From: an uncultured Candidatus Saccharibacteria bacterium
Lineage (GTDB): Bacteria > Patescibacteriota > Minisyncoccia > Phycocordibacterales > DSPV01
Assembly (NCBI GenBank): GCA_964617735.1
Contig: CAZTXT010000001.1
Span: 331,589-395,588 of the forward strand
Length of the DNA stretch: 64,000 bases
Reading direction: 5' to 3'
In this document: piece by piece, positions 31,687 through 39,931 of the stretch
Position numbering within the stretch: position 1 is the stretch's first letter
Layout of the letters: each line of letters starts with the position of its first letter
Position numbers and translations under genes: made by a program
The notes under the pieces: generated by a model
What the model was told of the DNA's origin: nothing
Databases searched by the model: none
Seen by the model: the letters and a program-made list of their open reading frames with translations, nothing else

Positions 31687-32064
31687 ATGAAAGATTTTAA
31701 ACGCCGACGGAGCCTCAAGCGTCTTCTGAAAAAACCGTGGATAATCGGCATCTTGGCAGTGATATTCTTTTTTCTTGCGCGCGCGGCGTTTGGAGTCTAC
31801 AAAAGTGAGCAGATAAGCCAGCAGGAGCTTGAGAACGCGCGGCGACAGGAGCAGGAATTGAGCGATCGGGAGGCGTTTTTGCAAAGTCAGATACAGAAAT
31901 TCGGCTCCGAGCGCGGATTGGAGGAAGAACTGCGGACAAAATTCCCGGTTGTCAAAGAGGGAGAGAAGATGGTAATAATAGTTGAGCCGGAGGAGCAAAA
32001 TCCTGGCTCTACCGATTCCGGGAACACTTCAGTATGGCAGAAGTTTATCAATTTCTTCAGATAA
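31687..32064 (+). CDS. septum formation initiator (FtsB/DivIC-like)
   Basis: TM segment plus coiled coil plus GLEEELRTKFPVVKEGEKMVII. Confidence 0.8.
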   Translation: MKDFKRRRSLKRLLKKPWIIGILAVIFFFLARAAFGVYKSEQISQQELENARRQEQELSDREAFLQSQIQKFGSERGLEEELRTKFPVVKEGEKMVIIVEPEEQNPGSTDSGNTSVWQKFINFFR

Positions 32065-32084
32065 TCGGCAGCAGTGAATAGCAC

Positions 32085-32155
32085 GCGAGCGTAGTTTAGT
32101 GGCAAAACGAGTGCTTCCCAAGCATTAGTTGCGGGTTCGATTCCCGCCGCTCGCA
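32085..32155 (+). tRNA. tRNA-Gly(CCC)
   Basis: Cloverleaf with anticodon loop TTCCCAA and T-loop TTCGATT. Confidence 0.93.
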
Positions 32156-32225
32156 GCGGGTGTATAGAAGCACTATAGAACAATTGTTTTTGATTGTGCA
32201 CAAGGTATTTCTGGCGGTATAATGT

Positions 32226-32507
32226 ATGGCAACCAACGAGCCAATTGATATGCCAGAAGCAACAGCGACAAAAAAGGTAACCATCTATTCGACTCCGACC
32301 TGCGTATTCTGCGGTGCGGTGAAGAAATTCTTTAAAGCGCATAGTGTTGCGTACGAGGAATACAATGTTGCGTCGGATCTCGCGCGGCGGCAGGAAATGG
32401 TAGAGAAAAGCGGGCAGCTCGGAGTACCCGTCATCGACATCGGAGGTGACATCGTCGTTGGATATAACGAGCGCAAGATCGCAGAGCTTTTGGGTATCGG
32501 GCGATAA
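32226..32507 (+). CDS. glutaredoxin/NrdH-like redoxin
   Basis: IYSTPTCVFC and SGQLGVPVI motifs. Confidence 0.9.
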   Translation: MATNEPIDMPEATATKKVTIYSTPTCVFCGAVKKFFKAHSVAYEEYNVASDLARRQEMVEKSGQLGVPVIDIGGDIVVGYNERKIAELLGIGR

Positions 32508-32513
32508 AGATTA

Positions 32514-32543
32514 AAAACTGCCGCTTTCCAAGCGGCAGTTTTT
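32514..32543 (+). terminator. intrinsic terminator
   Basis: AAAACTGCCGCTT-tcc-AAGCGGCAGTTTTT hairpin. Confidence 0.7.
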
Positions 32544-32567
32544 GTACTACATTGGTGACGTTAGTCT

Positions 32568-32639
32568 GCCCCTGTAGTTAAATGGATATAACAGCGCCGT
32601 CCTAAGGCGTTATTGCATGTTCGATTCATGCCAGGGGCA
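32568..32639 (+). tRNA. tRNA-Arg(CCT)
   Basis: Cloverleaf with anticodon loop GTCCTAA (unusual G32) and T-loop TTCGATT. Confidence 0.88.
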
Positions 32640-32676
32640 ATTGAGAAAACCTCCGGCATTTGCTAAGATTCCTTTT

Positions 32677-32916
32677 ATGGAGGAAAAAGATAGGGAATTG
32701 CTTCGGGCGACCCTGAAGCTTGCCGAAGAGAACAATCGAATACTTGCGAAACTTTATCGGAGCTGGTGGTGGTCGCGAGCATGGAAGTGGTTCTATTGGT
32801 TGGTCATTGTCGGCGTCGCACTCGGGGCGTTCTATTTCCTTCAGCCATACGTTGATCGCCTCAAACAGCTCTACTATTCTTCGGAGAGCCAACTTGAGAA
32901 CGTTCGTCCCAAATAA
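32677..32916 (+). CDS. small membrane protein
   Basis: Reads MEEKDRELL...EENNRIL...FYWLVIVGVALGAFYFLQPY. Confidence 0.7.
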   Translation: MEEKDRELLRATLKLAEENNRILAKLYRSWWWSRAWKWFYWLVIVGVALGAFYFLQPYVDRLKQLYYSSESQLENVRPK

Positions 32917-32943
32917 TAGAGGTTGGTGGAGAAACGTATCCTT

Positions 32944-33020
32944 GCCGGGGTAGCTCAGTTGGTTAGAGCGTCCGCCTGAAGAGCGGTAGGTCGCCAGTTC
33001 GACTCTGGCCCCCGGCACCA
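32944..33020 (+). tRNA. tRNA-Phe(GAA)
   Basis: Cloverleaf with anticodon loop CTGAAGA, ending in CCA. Confidence 0.95.
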
Positions 33021-34475
33021 GTTGGGAAAAGTCAAAGAATCTTTATTCGCCTCGCTTCGCTCGGCGAGCACTTCGCGCGGCCTGTTCAGCGTAAAATGCA
33101 GTTTCCGATCTTCCAGACAAAAGTTCGAGCCGATGGTTTTAAGAAATGTTGTCATTCCTGCAAAGTTCTCCGAACTTTGCAGAATAAAGGCTTGATTCAA
33201 GGATTTTACGAACTCACGAGCTAGTTCGAGCCACGACAATCCTTTCTGTTCAAAATCAGTGATTTGTTCCTGAAGTTGTAACTTTTGGGAAATGAATTTT
33301 TCTTTTTTCCTCGCGTACTCTTCATGCGTCAACCCCTCACTCAAATACAAGTCTACAAGCTTGTCCAGCTTTTTCTCGACATCGGCTAACTCGACTTTAA
33401 GATTTTGAACAGAAAGGACAGCTTGTTGCCTTGCTCGCCTTTCGTCTTTTTCAAGTTCTGCTAATACCTTCTCCATGTCGTGGCTCGGCAAGGAAACTTT
33501 TCGTAAGAGATTTCTGATTTGCTCGGCTAACTTTTCCTCCCGCACAAAATGCTTTTCTTGGCAGTTTCCTTTTTTCTTGGTGCATCGGTAGTAGTGGTGT
33601 CCTTTCTGTATTTCGGCGGTGATTGAACATCCGCAACTTTTGCATTTCATAAGTCCAAGAAAAGCAAAGTGGTGTTTCTTTATCTCGCAGACCTTGCCGC
33701 GTTTTTCCAAAACCTCCTGCACCTTGTCGAAAAGTTTCTTTGATATGATCGGCTCGTGAGTTCCTTCGAAAATTTCCCCCTTCCACCTCATGAGTCCGGT
33801 GTAGAAAATATTTTGTAGCATGACAGGAATATGGCTCATGGCGATATTGCCGTTTGTATTGCTTTTCAGACCATTTTCCTTGCACCAATTTGCGAGAGAG
33901 TGGAGAGTGTAGTTTCCGGTGGAATACAGTTCAAATAACCTCCTCACTTTTGGGGCTTTCTCCGCATCAACATCAATTCCTCTCGTCTTTGGGTTGTTCA
34001 GGTATCCCACCGGAGCCCAGCCAGGCCAAACGCCATTTCGTATTTTTTGTCTCAAACCTCGCTTCACATTCTCTCGCAAATTGTCTACAAAATATTTTGA
34101 TTGGCCGAAAGCGATATTGAGCATAAACGAACCTTGCGGTGTCGGTTCGAACCAGAAGGTGGGAAATTTCAAAGATCTAATCAAGCCTTTATCAATCATG
34201 TAAATGATGCGTCCACCATCTACACTGTTTCTCGCAAGACGATCGGGGTGCCATGAGACAATACCCTCGGCTTTTCCTTTCTCAATCAATGACAACATTT
34301 CTTGAAACTTGGGACGGCCAGTCTCTTTGGCTGTTTGTGCCTCGCAAAGCGAGGCGACAATTTCAAGTTTTTCTTTGGCGCAATACAAAGACAGCTCAGC
34401 AAGCTGAGCTTGAATTGAAAGCACTTGTCGGTCATCTTCCTCGGTTGATTTCCGAGCGTAGAGGATGTATTTCAT
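32955..34475 (-). CDS. large serine recombinase (integrase)
   Basis: YARKS catalytic Ser, DRLARN, recombinase domain and zinc ribbon (CKSCG...YYRC). The C-terminus reads antisense through tRNA-Phe. Confidence 0.95.
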   Translation of the reverse strand: MKYILYARKSTEEDDRQVLSIQAQLAELSLYCAKEKLEIVASLCEAQTAKETGRPKFQEMLSLIEKGKAEGIVSWHPDRLARNSVDGGRIIYMIDKGLIRSLKFPTFWFEPTPQGSFMLNIAFGQSKYFVDNLRENVKRGLRQKIRNGVWPGWAPVGYLNNPKTRGIDVDAEKAPKVRRLFELYSTGNYTLHSLANWCKENGLKSNTNGNIAMSHIPVMLQNIFYTGLMRWKGEIFEGTHEPIISKKLFDKVQEVLEKRGKVCEIKKHHFAFLGLMKCKSCGCSITAEIQKGHHYYRCTKKKGNCQEKHFVREEKLAEQIRNLLRKVSLPSHDMEKVLAELEKDERRARQQAVLSVQNLKVELADVEKKLDKLVDLYLSEGLTHEEYARKKEKFISQKLQLQEQITDFEQKGLSWLELAREFVKSLNQAFILQSSENFAGMTTFLKTIGSNFCLEDRKLHFTLNRPREVLAERSEANKDSLTFPNWCRGPESNWRPTALQADALTN

Positions 34476-34527
34476 GGTTTTGGTGAGAGTTAGTTGATAA
34501 AAATGTTCTTGTATTCTTCCCTAGGGA

Positions 34528-34701
34528 ATTTCACGCTGAACAGGCCGCACGAAGTGCTCGCCGAGCGAAGCGAGGCGAATAAAGATTCTTTGACTTTTCC
34601 CAACTGGTGCACTACTCTTGAATTAGTCCGAACGCATTTTGCCGCCGCAGGCGGCGAGGACTGTCCGCGCGAGAATTGAGCGGGCGGAGCCCGCATCTTT
34701 T
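34528..34701 (-). repeat. intact attP-like site (inverted copies of both element ends)
   Basis: 34528-34610 is near-identical to the reverse complement of 33015-33097. 34607-34701 is similar to the reverse complement of 35996-36090. Confidence 0.88.
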
Positions 34702-35023
34702 CAAACAGCCAAAGAGGACTAATTCAAGAAAACCATCGACTCGAACTTTTGTCTGGAAGATCGGAGGGAAGAACACAAGAACATTTTTATCTGATTTAAC
34801 GGCCTAGAAAGGCCGTATTTTGATGGTTGTTCTGTACCTTGACTAAACACAAGCTATATGTTATTCTCTCTGCAGTTCGTTGTAAGCGAGTATTTTTGGA
34901 ATTGCCGTAGCATTTGCGGGCTTGTTGGCTTTGTCTAACACGTTTAACTAACAAAGGACTATCGCATGTGAAAGATGACTTGAGTGAGTCATCTAAGTCA
35001 ACGTAGCAGTGCACTATAAGCCT

Positions 35024-35722
35024 ATGGATCCAAAAAAGACTCATAGGTTACCTCATCTCCCTCGTCGTCCACGTCCGGCTGGAGAAGCTGAACGCTTGTC
35101 TCGCTGGTTTCGTGACAGGGATATGGAGCTGCAGATTCGCCGAAACCAGGAACGTCGTGGAGAAATACACAACGTTCCGGTCCCTCTAAAAGATCGGATT
35201 CGAAAGAAGACTGATCCGAAAGAGTGGGCTGGCCCTTTTCACAAGGGGGTCAAGGTTGGTGAGATCCGCTCACTCGTGGTTGGGTATACCGCAGTAATGG
35301 TAGACCCAGTGTTTGTTGCAGTGCTGAGCGAATGGCCGCCGAACCCAGAAGTTAAGGAACCCTACTCGAAAGAGAAACGGTTTCTGATCGCAAAGTTCAG
35401 CAGCAAGCGCTACAGTGAACCCGCAACAACAACCGAGTGGATTACTGGCATTGAGAAGCGACCGTGGCTACACGTTTTATCCGTGTGGAACAGTTGCGAC
35501 GTCAGTGCCGGTTTCCTTGAGGAAGGTTGGGTCGAGGGGAAACTCTCGACTGAACAGCTCGCTGACGCATGGGAAGTATTCAGACATGCGTTGACGGGAG
35601 TTCCTCTGTCTGATCGAGTTCGTGCTCAAGTGGGTGCGCCAATAATTCACCCACGAGATCCACGCATTCAGTATCAGATCGAGGAGGCTTCAAGGTTTGC
35701 GGTTCTCTGCGAAGGCAGCTAA
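35024..35722 (+). CDS. hypothetical cargo protein
   Basis: 232-aa ORF inside the element, with a terminator at 35913-35937. Confidence 0.7.
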   Translation: MDPKKTHRLPHLPRRPRPAGEAERLSRWFRDRDMELQIRRNQERRGEIHNVPVPLKDRIRKKTDPKEWAGPFHKGVKVGEIRSLVVGYTAVMVDPVFVAVLSEWPPNPEVKEPYSKEKRFLIAKFSSKRYSEPATTTEWITGIEKRPWLHVLSVWNSCDVSAGFLEEGWVEGKLSTEQLADAWEVFRHALTGVPLSDRVRAQVGAPIIHPRDPRIQYQIEEASRFAVLCEGS

Positions 35723-36122
35723 CCCATGTGAGGTAACCAATACTGGGAGATCAGAGCATCTGATCGGTTGAACCAGCGGGGGACGGAGAAAACGCCCTGG
35801 CAACAGAAGCTAGTACGGGATCATAAGCTACATACATTCCCGAAAGCACAACTAGGTACGGCAACTACCTCAATCGTTGCATTCAAGGAGCGAGGTTCTA
35901 TCCCAAACTCCGCCGCACACATAAGTGTGCGGTTTTTCGTATTCGCTTGGCGAATGCTAGAATTAGTTTGCGCCAAAGAAAAACTTGAAATTGTCAAAGA
36001 TCGCGGGCTCCGCCCGCTCCGTTTTTACGGGGGGTGTCCTCGCCGCCTACGGCGGCGAAATGCGTTCGGACTAATTCAAGAGTAGTGCACAAGAAAATCG
36101 GCGCAAGCCGATTTTGCGTGAT

Positions 36123-36247
36123 GGGGGCCAGAGGGGGAAGGGGTCGGGGAACAGGGACGTTCCCCGATGAGGAGAGCAGTCTGCCGAAGGCGAGACGTTG
36201 AGAACCGCGGGTTCTCAAGGAGCGTAGCGACTCTGTGCCCCGGCACA
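36123..36247 (+). repeat. tRNA-3'-end-associated structured element (Phe copy)
   Basis: GGGGGCCAGAG (reverse complement of tRNA-Phe CTCTGGCCCCC), then three hairpins, then GACTCTGTGCCCCGGCAC. It is flanked by a 21-bp direct repeat at 36087-36107/36243-36263. Confidence 0.72.
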
Positions 36248-36268
36248 AGAAAATCGGCGCAAGGATAT

Positions 36269-36739
36269 TTAAGTAGTTTTTACCCGGAGCTTCGTCTGCC
36301 TGCCTTTATCTACTTTCGGCAAACGAATGATGAGAAGCCCGTGCTTTTCTATCGCTTCCGCTTCCTCGACTTCGATTTCCTGCGGCAGGACTATCGTGCG
36401 TGAAAAAGTCCCCCAGTAGAGTTCCTTGAAGAAGAAGTTGTCTTCGGTAACTTCGTTAGCAGCCTCGCGCGTGCCTTTTATCGTGACCATATCGCGCGTT
36501 ATCGAAATGTCGAGATCCTCGGGTCGCACGCCGGCCACCATCGTTTTAATGACGATATCCTCCGGTGTTTGATACACATCAACACCCAATTGGCCGGTCT
36601 CTCCATTCTCGTCTTCTTCCGCCCAGCCATTTTTCTGTGGTTGAAGAATGACTTTCGAATTTTCAGCGGCTTCTTCGGCCTCCGCAAGATTGACGGCTCC
36701 GGTCAATCGTTCAAAAAAAGATCGTTTTCCTTTAGCCAT
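36269..36739 (-). CDS. Hsp20/alpha-crystallin protein
   Basis: VDVYQTPEDIVI, ELYWGTFSRTIVLP and GLLIIRLPK motifs. Confidence 0.93.
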   Translation of the reverse strand: MAKGKRSFFERLTGAVNLAEAEEAAENSKVILQPQKNGWAEEDENGETGQLGVDVYQTPEDIVIKTMVAGVRPEDLDISITRDMVTIKGTREAANEVTEDNFFFKELYWGTFSRTIVLPQEIEVEEAEAIEKHGLLIIRLPKVDKGRQTKLRVKTT

Positions 36740-36749
36740 AGTTGTGTGG

Positions 36750-37445
36750 TTATGAGTAATCCTTGGTAGGGTGGATCTTTTTCACTTTTTCCAAGAGCAG
36801 TATGATAACGATGATCGCGATCCAAACCAGTGAAGATACCAGAAGATTATTCTCACCCATCATTATAGATAAGTTGAATGCCGCGTGCAATACGAATGCG
36901 AGGATAAGTCCGAAGGCTATATGAAGATATTTTGAAACGCGATTCTTGTAGAACGCAAGGGCCATTGAAATGCCCATCGCCGATGACGCACCGATATGCA
37001 GGAGTGTGGGGCCCAAGAAGCGTTCTACGCCGACGAGAATAGTAGCGCTGGTCGCGAAACCGTGGGAAAGGGGATTGAAGATGAAGAGCGTATTCTCTAC
37101 CGCCGCGAAACCGAGCGCTGTGGTAACGAGATAAATAACGTAGTCGATCGGCTCATCGACCTCCTTTCTCCAGAGCACGATGACCGCTGCCGCCGTGAGT
37201 TTCCCAACCTCTTCGATGAGAGACCAGAGGATGATCCATGCGGTTTGATTCTGTAAGTTCTCATAGACGATCGTTTCGAGTTTAAGCACGGGGATGACCA
37301 TGAGCATCCCGGTTGCAAATGTCAGGAACAAAAGCCGCTTCGGTTCAGGATGTTTCCGGTCTTCTTCGAGCCAGAAGAGAAGCCAAATGAGCGCCGGCAG
37401 AATGCCGCCGAGTGCCGAGATCAAGACTTGTTGCGAGAACATCAT
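36750..37445 (-). CDS. prsW: PrsW-family intramembrane protease
   Basis: HPEP, IEEVGK, ALGFAAVEN and LHAAFN motifs. Confidence 0.88.
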   Translation of the reverse strand: MMFSQQVLISALGGILPALIWLLFWLEEDRKHPEPKRLLFLTFATGMLMVIPVLKLETIVYENLQNQTAWIILWSLIEEVGKLTAAAVIVLWRKEVDEPIDYVIYLVTTALGFAAVENTLFIFNPLSHGFATSATILVGVERFLGPTLLHIGASSAMGISMALAFYKNRVSKYLHIAFGLILAFVLHAAFNLSIMMGENNLLVSSLVWIAIIVIILLLEKVKKIHPTKDYS

Positions 37446-39700
37446 GCGATTGTACGAGGCCACGACCGAGCTATCAGCAGCGTCTTTTCTTCTCTAGGAG
37501 CGTTTTTTGCGAGGACCGACCATAACTCCTCGGTGATAAAAGGCATAAAAGGGTGGAGTAAGATAAGTATATCGATAAGTGTCTCGCGCAGAAAGTGGCG
37601 GCGTGAACTCTGTTCGAGCGCTGTTCCGTTTCCGAGGACCAGCTTGCTTTCTTCGAGGATCTTGTCTGCGAACGTATGCCATACGTACTGATAGAGCTTG
37701 TCCGCAGCAAGGTGCAGTCGGTACTGCTGCATATCTTCAGTCACATCGGCGATCAGCGCATCGAATTCCGCGCGTAGCTTAAGGTCAGTCTCGCTTTCTT
37801 CTGACCTCGGCTCGGAGGAAGGGGCGTTGTGCAGCACGAACCGTGTGATATTCCAGAGCTTGTTGGCGAAATGCTTGTACGCTTTCAATTTTTCTTCTGA
37901 TAGCTTTGAATCGTTCCCCGGCCCGGTCCCTATGATAAGGCTCATGCGCATCGCGTCGGCGCCGTACTTGGCGATGATCTCTTGAGGATCGATATTGTTG
38001 CCCAGCGACTTGCTGATCTTGTTCCCGTTTTTATCGCGCACAAGCCCATGCAGATAGACCGTTTCAAAGGGAATGTCGCCGAGCAGGTAAGTGCTCATCA
38101 GTATCATGCGGGCAACCCAGAAGAATAAGATATCGTAGCCGGTTTCGAGCACTGTCATCGGATGGTATCTTTCTAAGTCGGCAGTCTCCTCGGGCCATCC
38201 TAAGGTCGAGAATGTCCAGAGACCCGATGAGAACCACGTATCGAGCGTGTCCGGGTCTTGCTCCCAACCTTCTCCTTCTGGTTTTTCGATCCCGCAGTAC
38301 ACTTCCTGTCCACTCTTGCCATCGGCGCTTCGATACCAGACCGGAATCCGATGTCCGTACCAGATCTGTCGAGAGATGCACCAATCCCTCAAGTTTTCTG
38401 CCCAATGGAAATATACTTTCTCGAAACGCTCGGGGACGATCCGTATCTGCCCGTTTTTTACTGGAGCGAGGATGAGTTCTTTGAGCGAGACCTGCTGTCC
38501 CTTTTTGATACCCTTGATCTTTTCGCTTTGATTCTTGAATTTCTTGTTGACGTCGATGAACCATTGGAGCTTGGGCAGCGGTTCGACGATGCCGCCGGTC
38601 CGCTCGGCTGTGGCCACGTTGTGCTCTATCGCTTCCTGTTTTTCTATGAGTCCTTCTTTGGTAAGCCAGTCGACGACGATGCTCCGTGCTTCCGATGCTT
38701 TCTTCCCCTGCAGGGCTTCGGAGGTGACAGCCATGCGTGCATATTCATCTATAACGGGAACGAGCGGCAAGTGATGGCGCGCGGCTATTTCCCAGTCAGC
38801 CACTGAATGGGCTGGGGTTACCCCGACTGCGCCGGTGCCGAACGCCGGATCTACTGCCTCGTCCGCGACAATCTTTAGGTGCAGCATCTCGCCCGCGAAT
38901 CGCACGTCGAATTCCTTGCCGACGAATTTCTGGTACCGCTTATCCGAAGGATGCACTGCAACGGCAGTGTCCCCAACCTTCGTTTCGGGACGGGTCGTGG
39001 CGATTGCGATCGGGAAATCTTTCGAATATCTGAAGGTATAGAGCGTGGTCTTCTCCGGCTGATAAATGATCTCGTCGTCGGAAATAGTGGTCTGACCTTT
39101 CGGGTCCCAGTTGACGATCCGATATCCACGATAGATCAAGCCGCTTTCATAGAGGCGTTTGAATGCAGTGCGCACCGCGAGGCTCCTCTTTTCGTCGAGT
39201 GTGAATGCTTCGCGACTCCAGTCTATCGAACAACCAGTCTTTCTGATCTGCCCGATGATAGCATCGTGACTTTCCGTGGCGAACGCCTCCACGCGCTTGA
39301 GGAATGCTTCCCGTCCAATATCATGACGGCGCTTGTGTTCTTCTTTATAGAGCATAGTCTCGACCTTTGCCTGCGTCGCTATAGCTGCATGGTCGGTTCC
39401 CGGTATCCAGAGTGTCGGACGCCCCTGCATTCGCGCAAAACGCACCATGACATCTTCGATAGCGAGCATGAACGCCGAGCCCATATGGAGGCTGCCGGTT
39501 ACGTTGGGGGGAGGTAAAACCATCGCAAAAGGAGGGCGCGAGAGGTCGGCGACCCCGTCCTTGATGCACTGCTCGGGATTGAAATAACCGCTTTTCTCCC
39601 AGAGCTGGTAGATCCGATTTTCGACTTCGGAAGGGTTATAGGGTTTGAGCAGACGCTCGTCTATATCGGCGGCCCCTGCTCGTTTCTCTGGCTCTGGCAT
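37442..39700 (-). CDS. valS: valine--tRNA ligase (short, no C-terminal coiled coil)
   Basis: PPPNVTGSLHMG, DWCISRQIWYGHRIP, DTLDTWFSSGLW and KISKS motifs. Confidence 0.96.
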   Translation of the reverse strand: MPEPEKRAGAADIDERLLKPYNPSEVENRIYQLWEKSGYFNPEQCIKDGVADLSRPPFAMVLPPPNVTGSLHMGSAFMLAIEDVMVRFARMQGRPTLWIPGTDHAAIATQAKVETMLYKEEHKRRHDIGREAFLKRVEAFATESHDAIIGQIRKTGCSIDWSREAFTLDEKRSLAVRTAFKRLYESGLIYRGYRIVNWDPKGQTTISDDEIIYQPEKTTLYTFRYSKDFPIAIATTRPETKVGDTAVAVHPSDKRYQKFVGKEFDVRFAGEMLHLKIVADEAVDPAFGTGAVGVTPAHSVADWEIAARHHLPLVPVIDEYARMAVTSEALQGKKASEARSIVVDWLTKEGLIEKQEAIEHNVATAERTGGIVEPLPKLQWFIDVNKKFKNQSEKIKGIKKGQQVSLKELILAPVKNGQIRIVPERFEKVYFHWAENLRDWCISRQIWYGHRIPVWYRSADGKSGQEVYCGIEKPEGEGWEQDPDTLDTWFSSGLWTFSTLGWPEETADLERYHPMTVLETGYDILFFWVARMILMSTYLLGDIPFETVYLHGLVRDKNGNKISKSLGNNIDPQEIIAKYGADAMRMSLIIGTGPGNDSKLSEEKLKAYKHFANKLWNITRFVLHNAPSSEPRSEESETDLKLRAEFDALIADVTEDMQQYRLHLAADKLYQYVWHTFADKILEESKLVLGNGTALEQSSRRHFLRETLIDILILLHPFMPFITEELWSVLAKNAPREEKTLLIARSWPRTIA

Positions 39701-39751
39701 GATGTTGTATAGTAGCAAACTGAAGGGCTGTTTTCAAAAAAGAAAGATAAA

Positions 39752-39784
39752 AGAAAAAGGCGCCGTCGCGTGCGACGGCGCCTT
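39752..39784 (-). terminator. strong intrinsic terminator
   Basis: AAGGCGCCGTCGC-ac-GCGACGGCGCCTTTTTCT on the minus strand. Confidence 0.75.
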
Positions 39785-39931
39785 GGCCTGCAGGCAAGCG
39801 CCTCTTATAGTCAGTGAATCCCCTTAGTATGGGATCTTGGTTTAGTCGAGTTATTTTGCAAACTCGTACGGCGATGCCAGGCGGACCTTAGATACACCTG
39901 ATGGATCATTGTAGGCGGGCGGCGGAGTTTG

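Larger units (their letters stand above)
33015..36090. mobile_element. serine-integrase element integrated in the tRNA-Phe 3' end
   Basis: attL is tRNA-GCAC-CAGTTGGG (33015). attR is CAAGAGTAGT-GCAC-AAGAAAATCGG (36087). Both P arms are found joined, in inverted orientation, at 34528-34701. Confidence 0.85.

Noticed and set aside
34494-34679. 61-aa ORF as an independent gene
   Set aside because: It is the inverted attP copy of the integrase 3' end and is treated as a repeat.
39750-39905. T-box leader for valS
   Set aside because: No GGTGGNACCGCG antiterminator motif, and valS has its own promoter downstream of the terminator.
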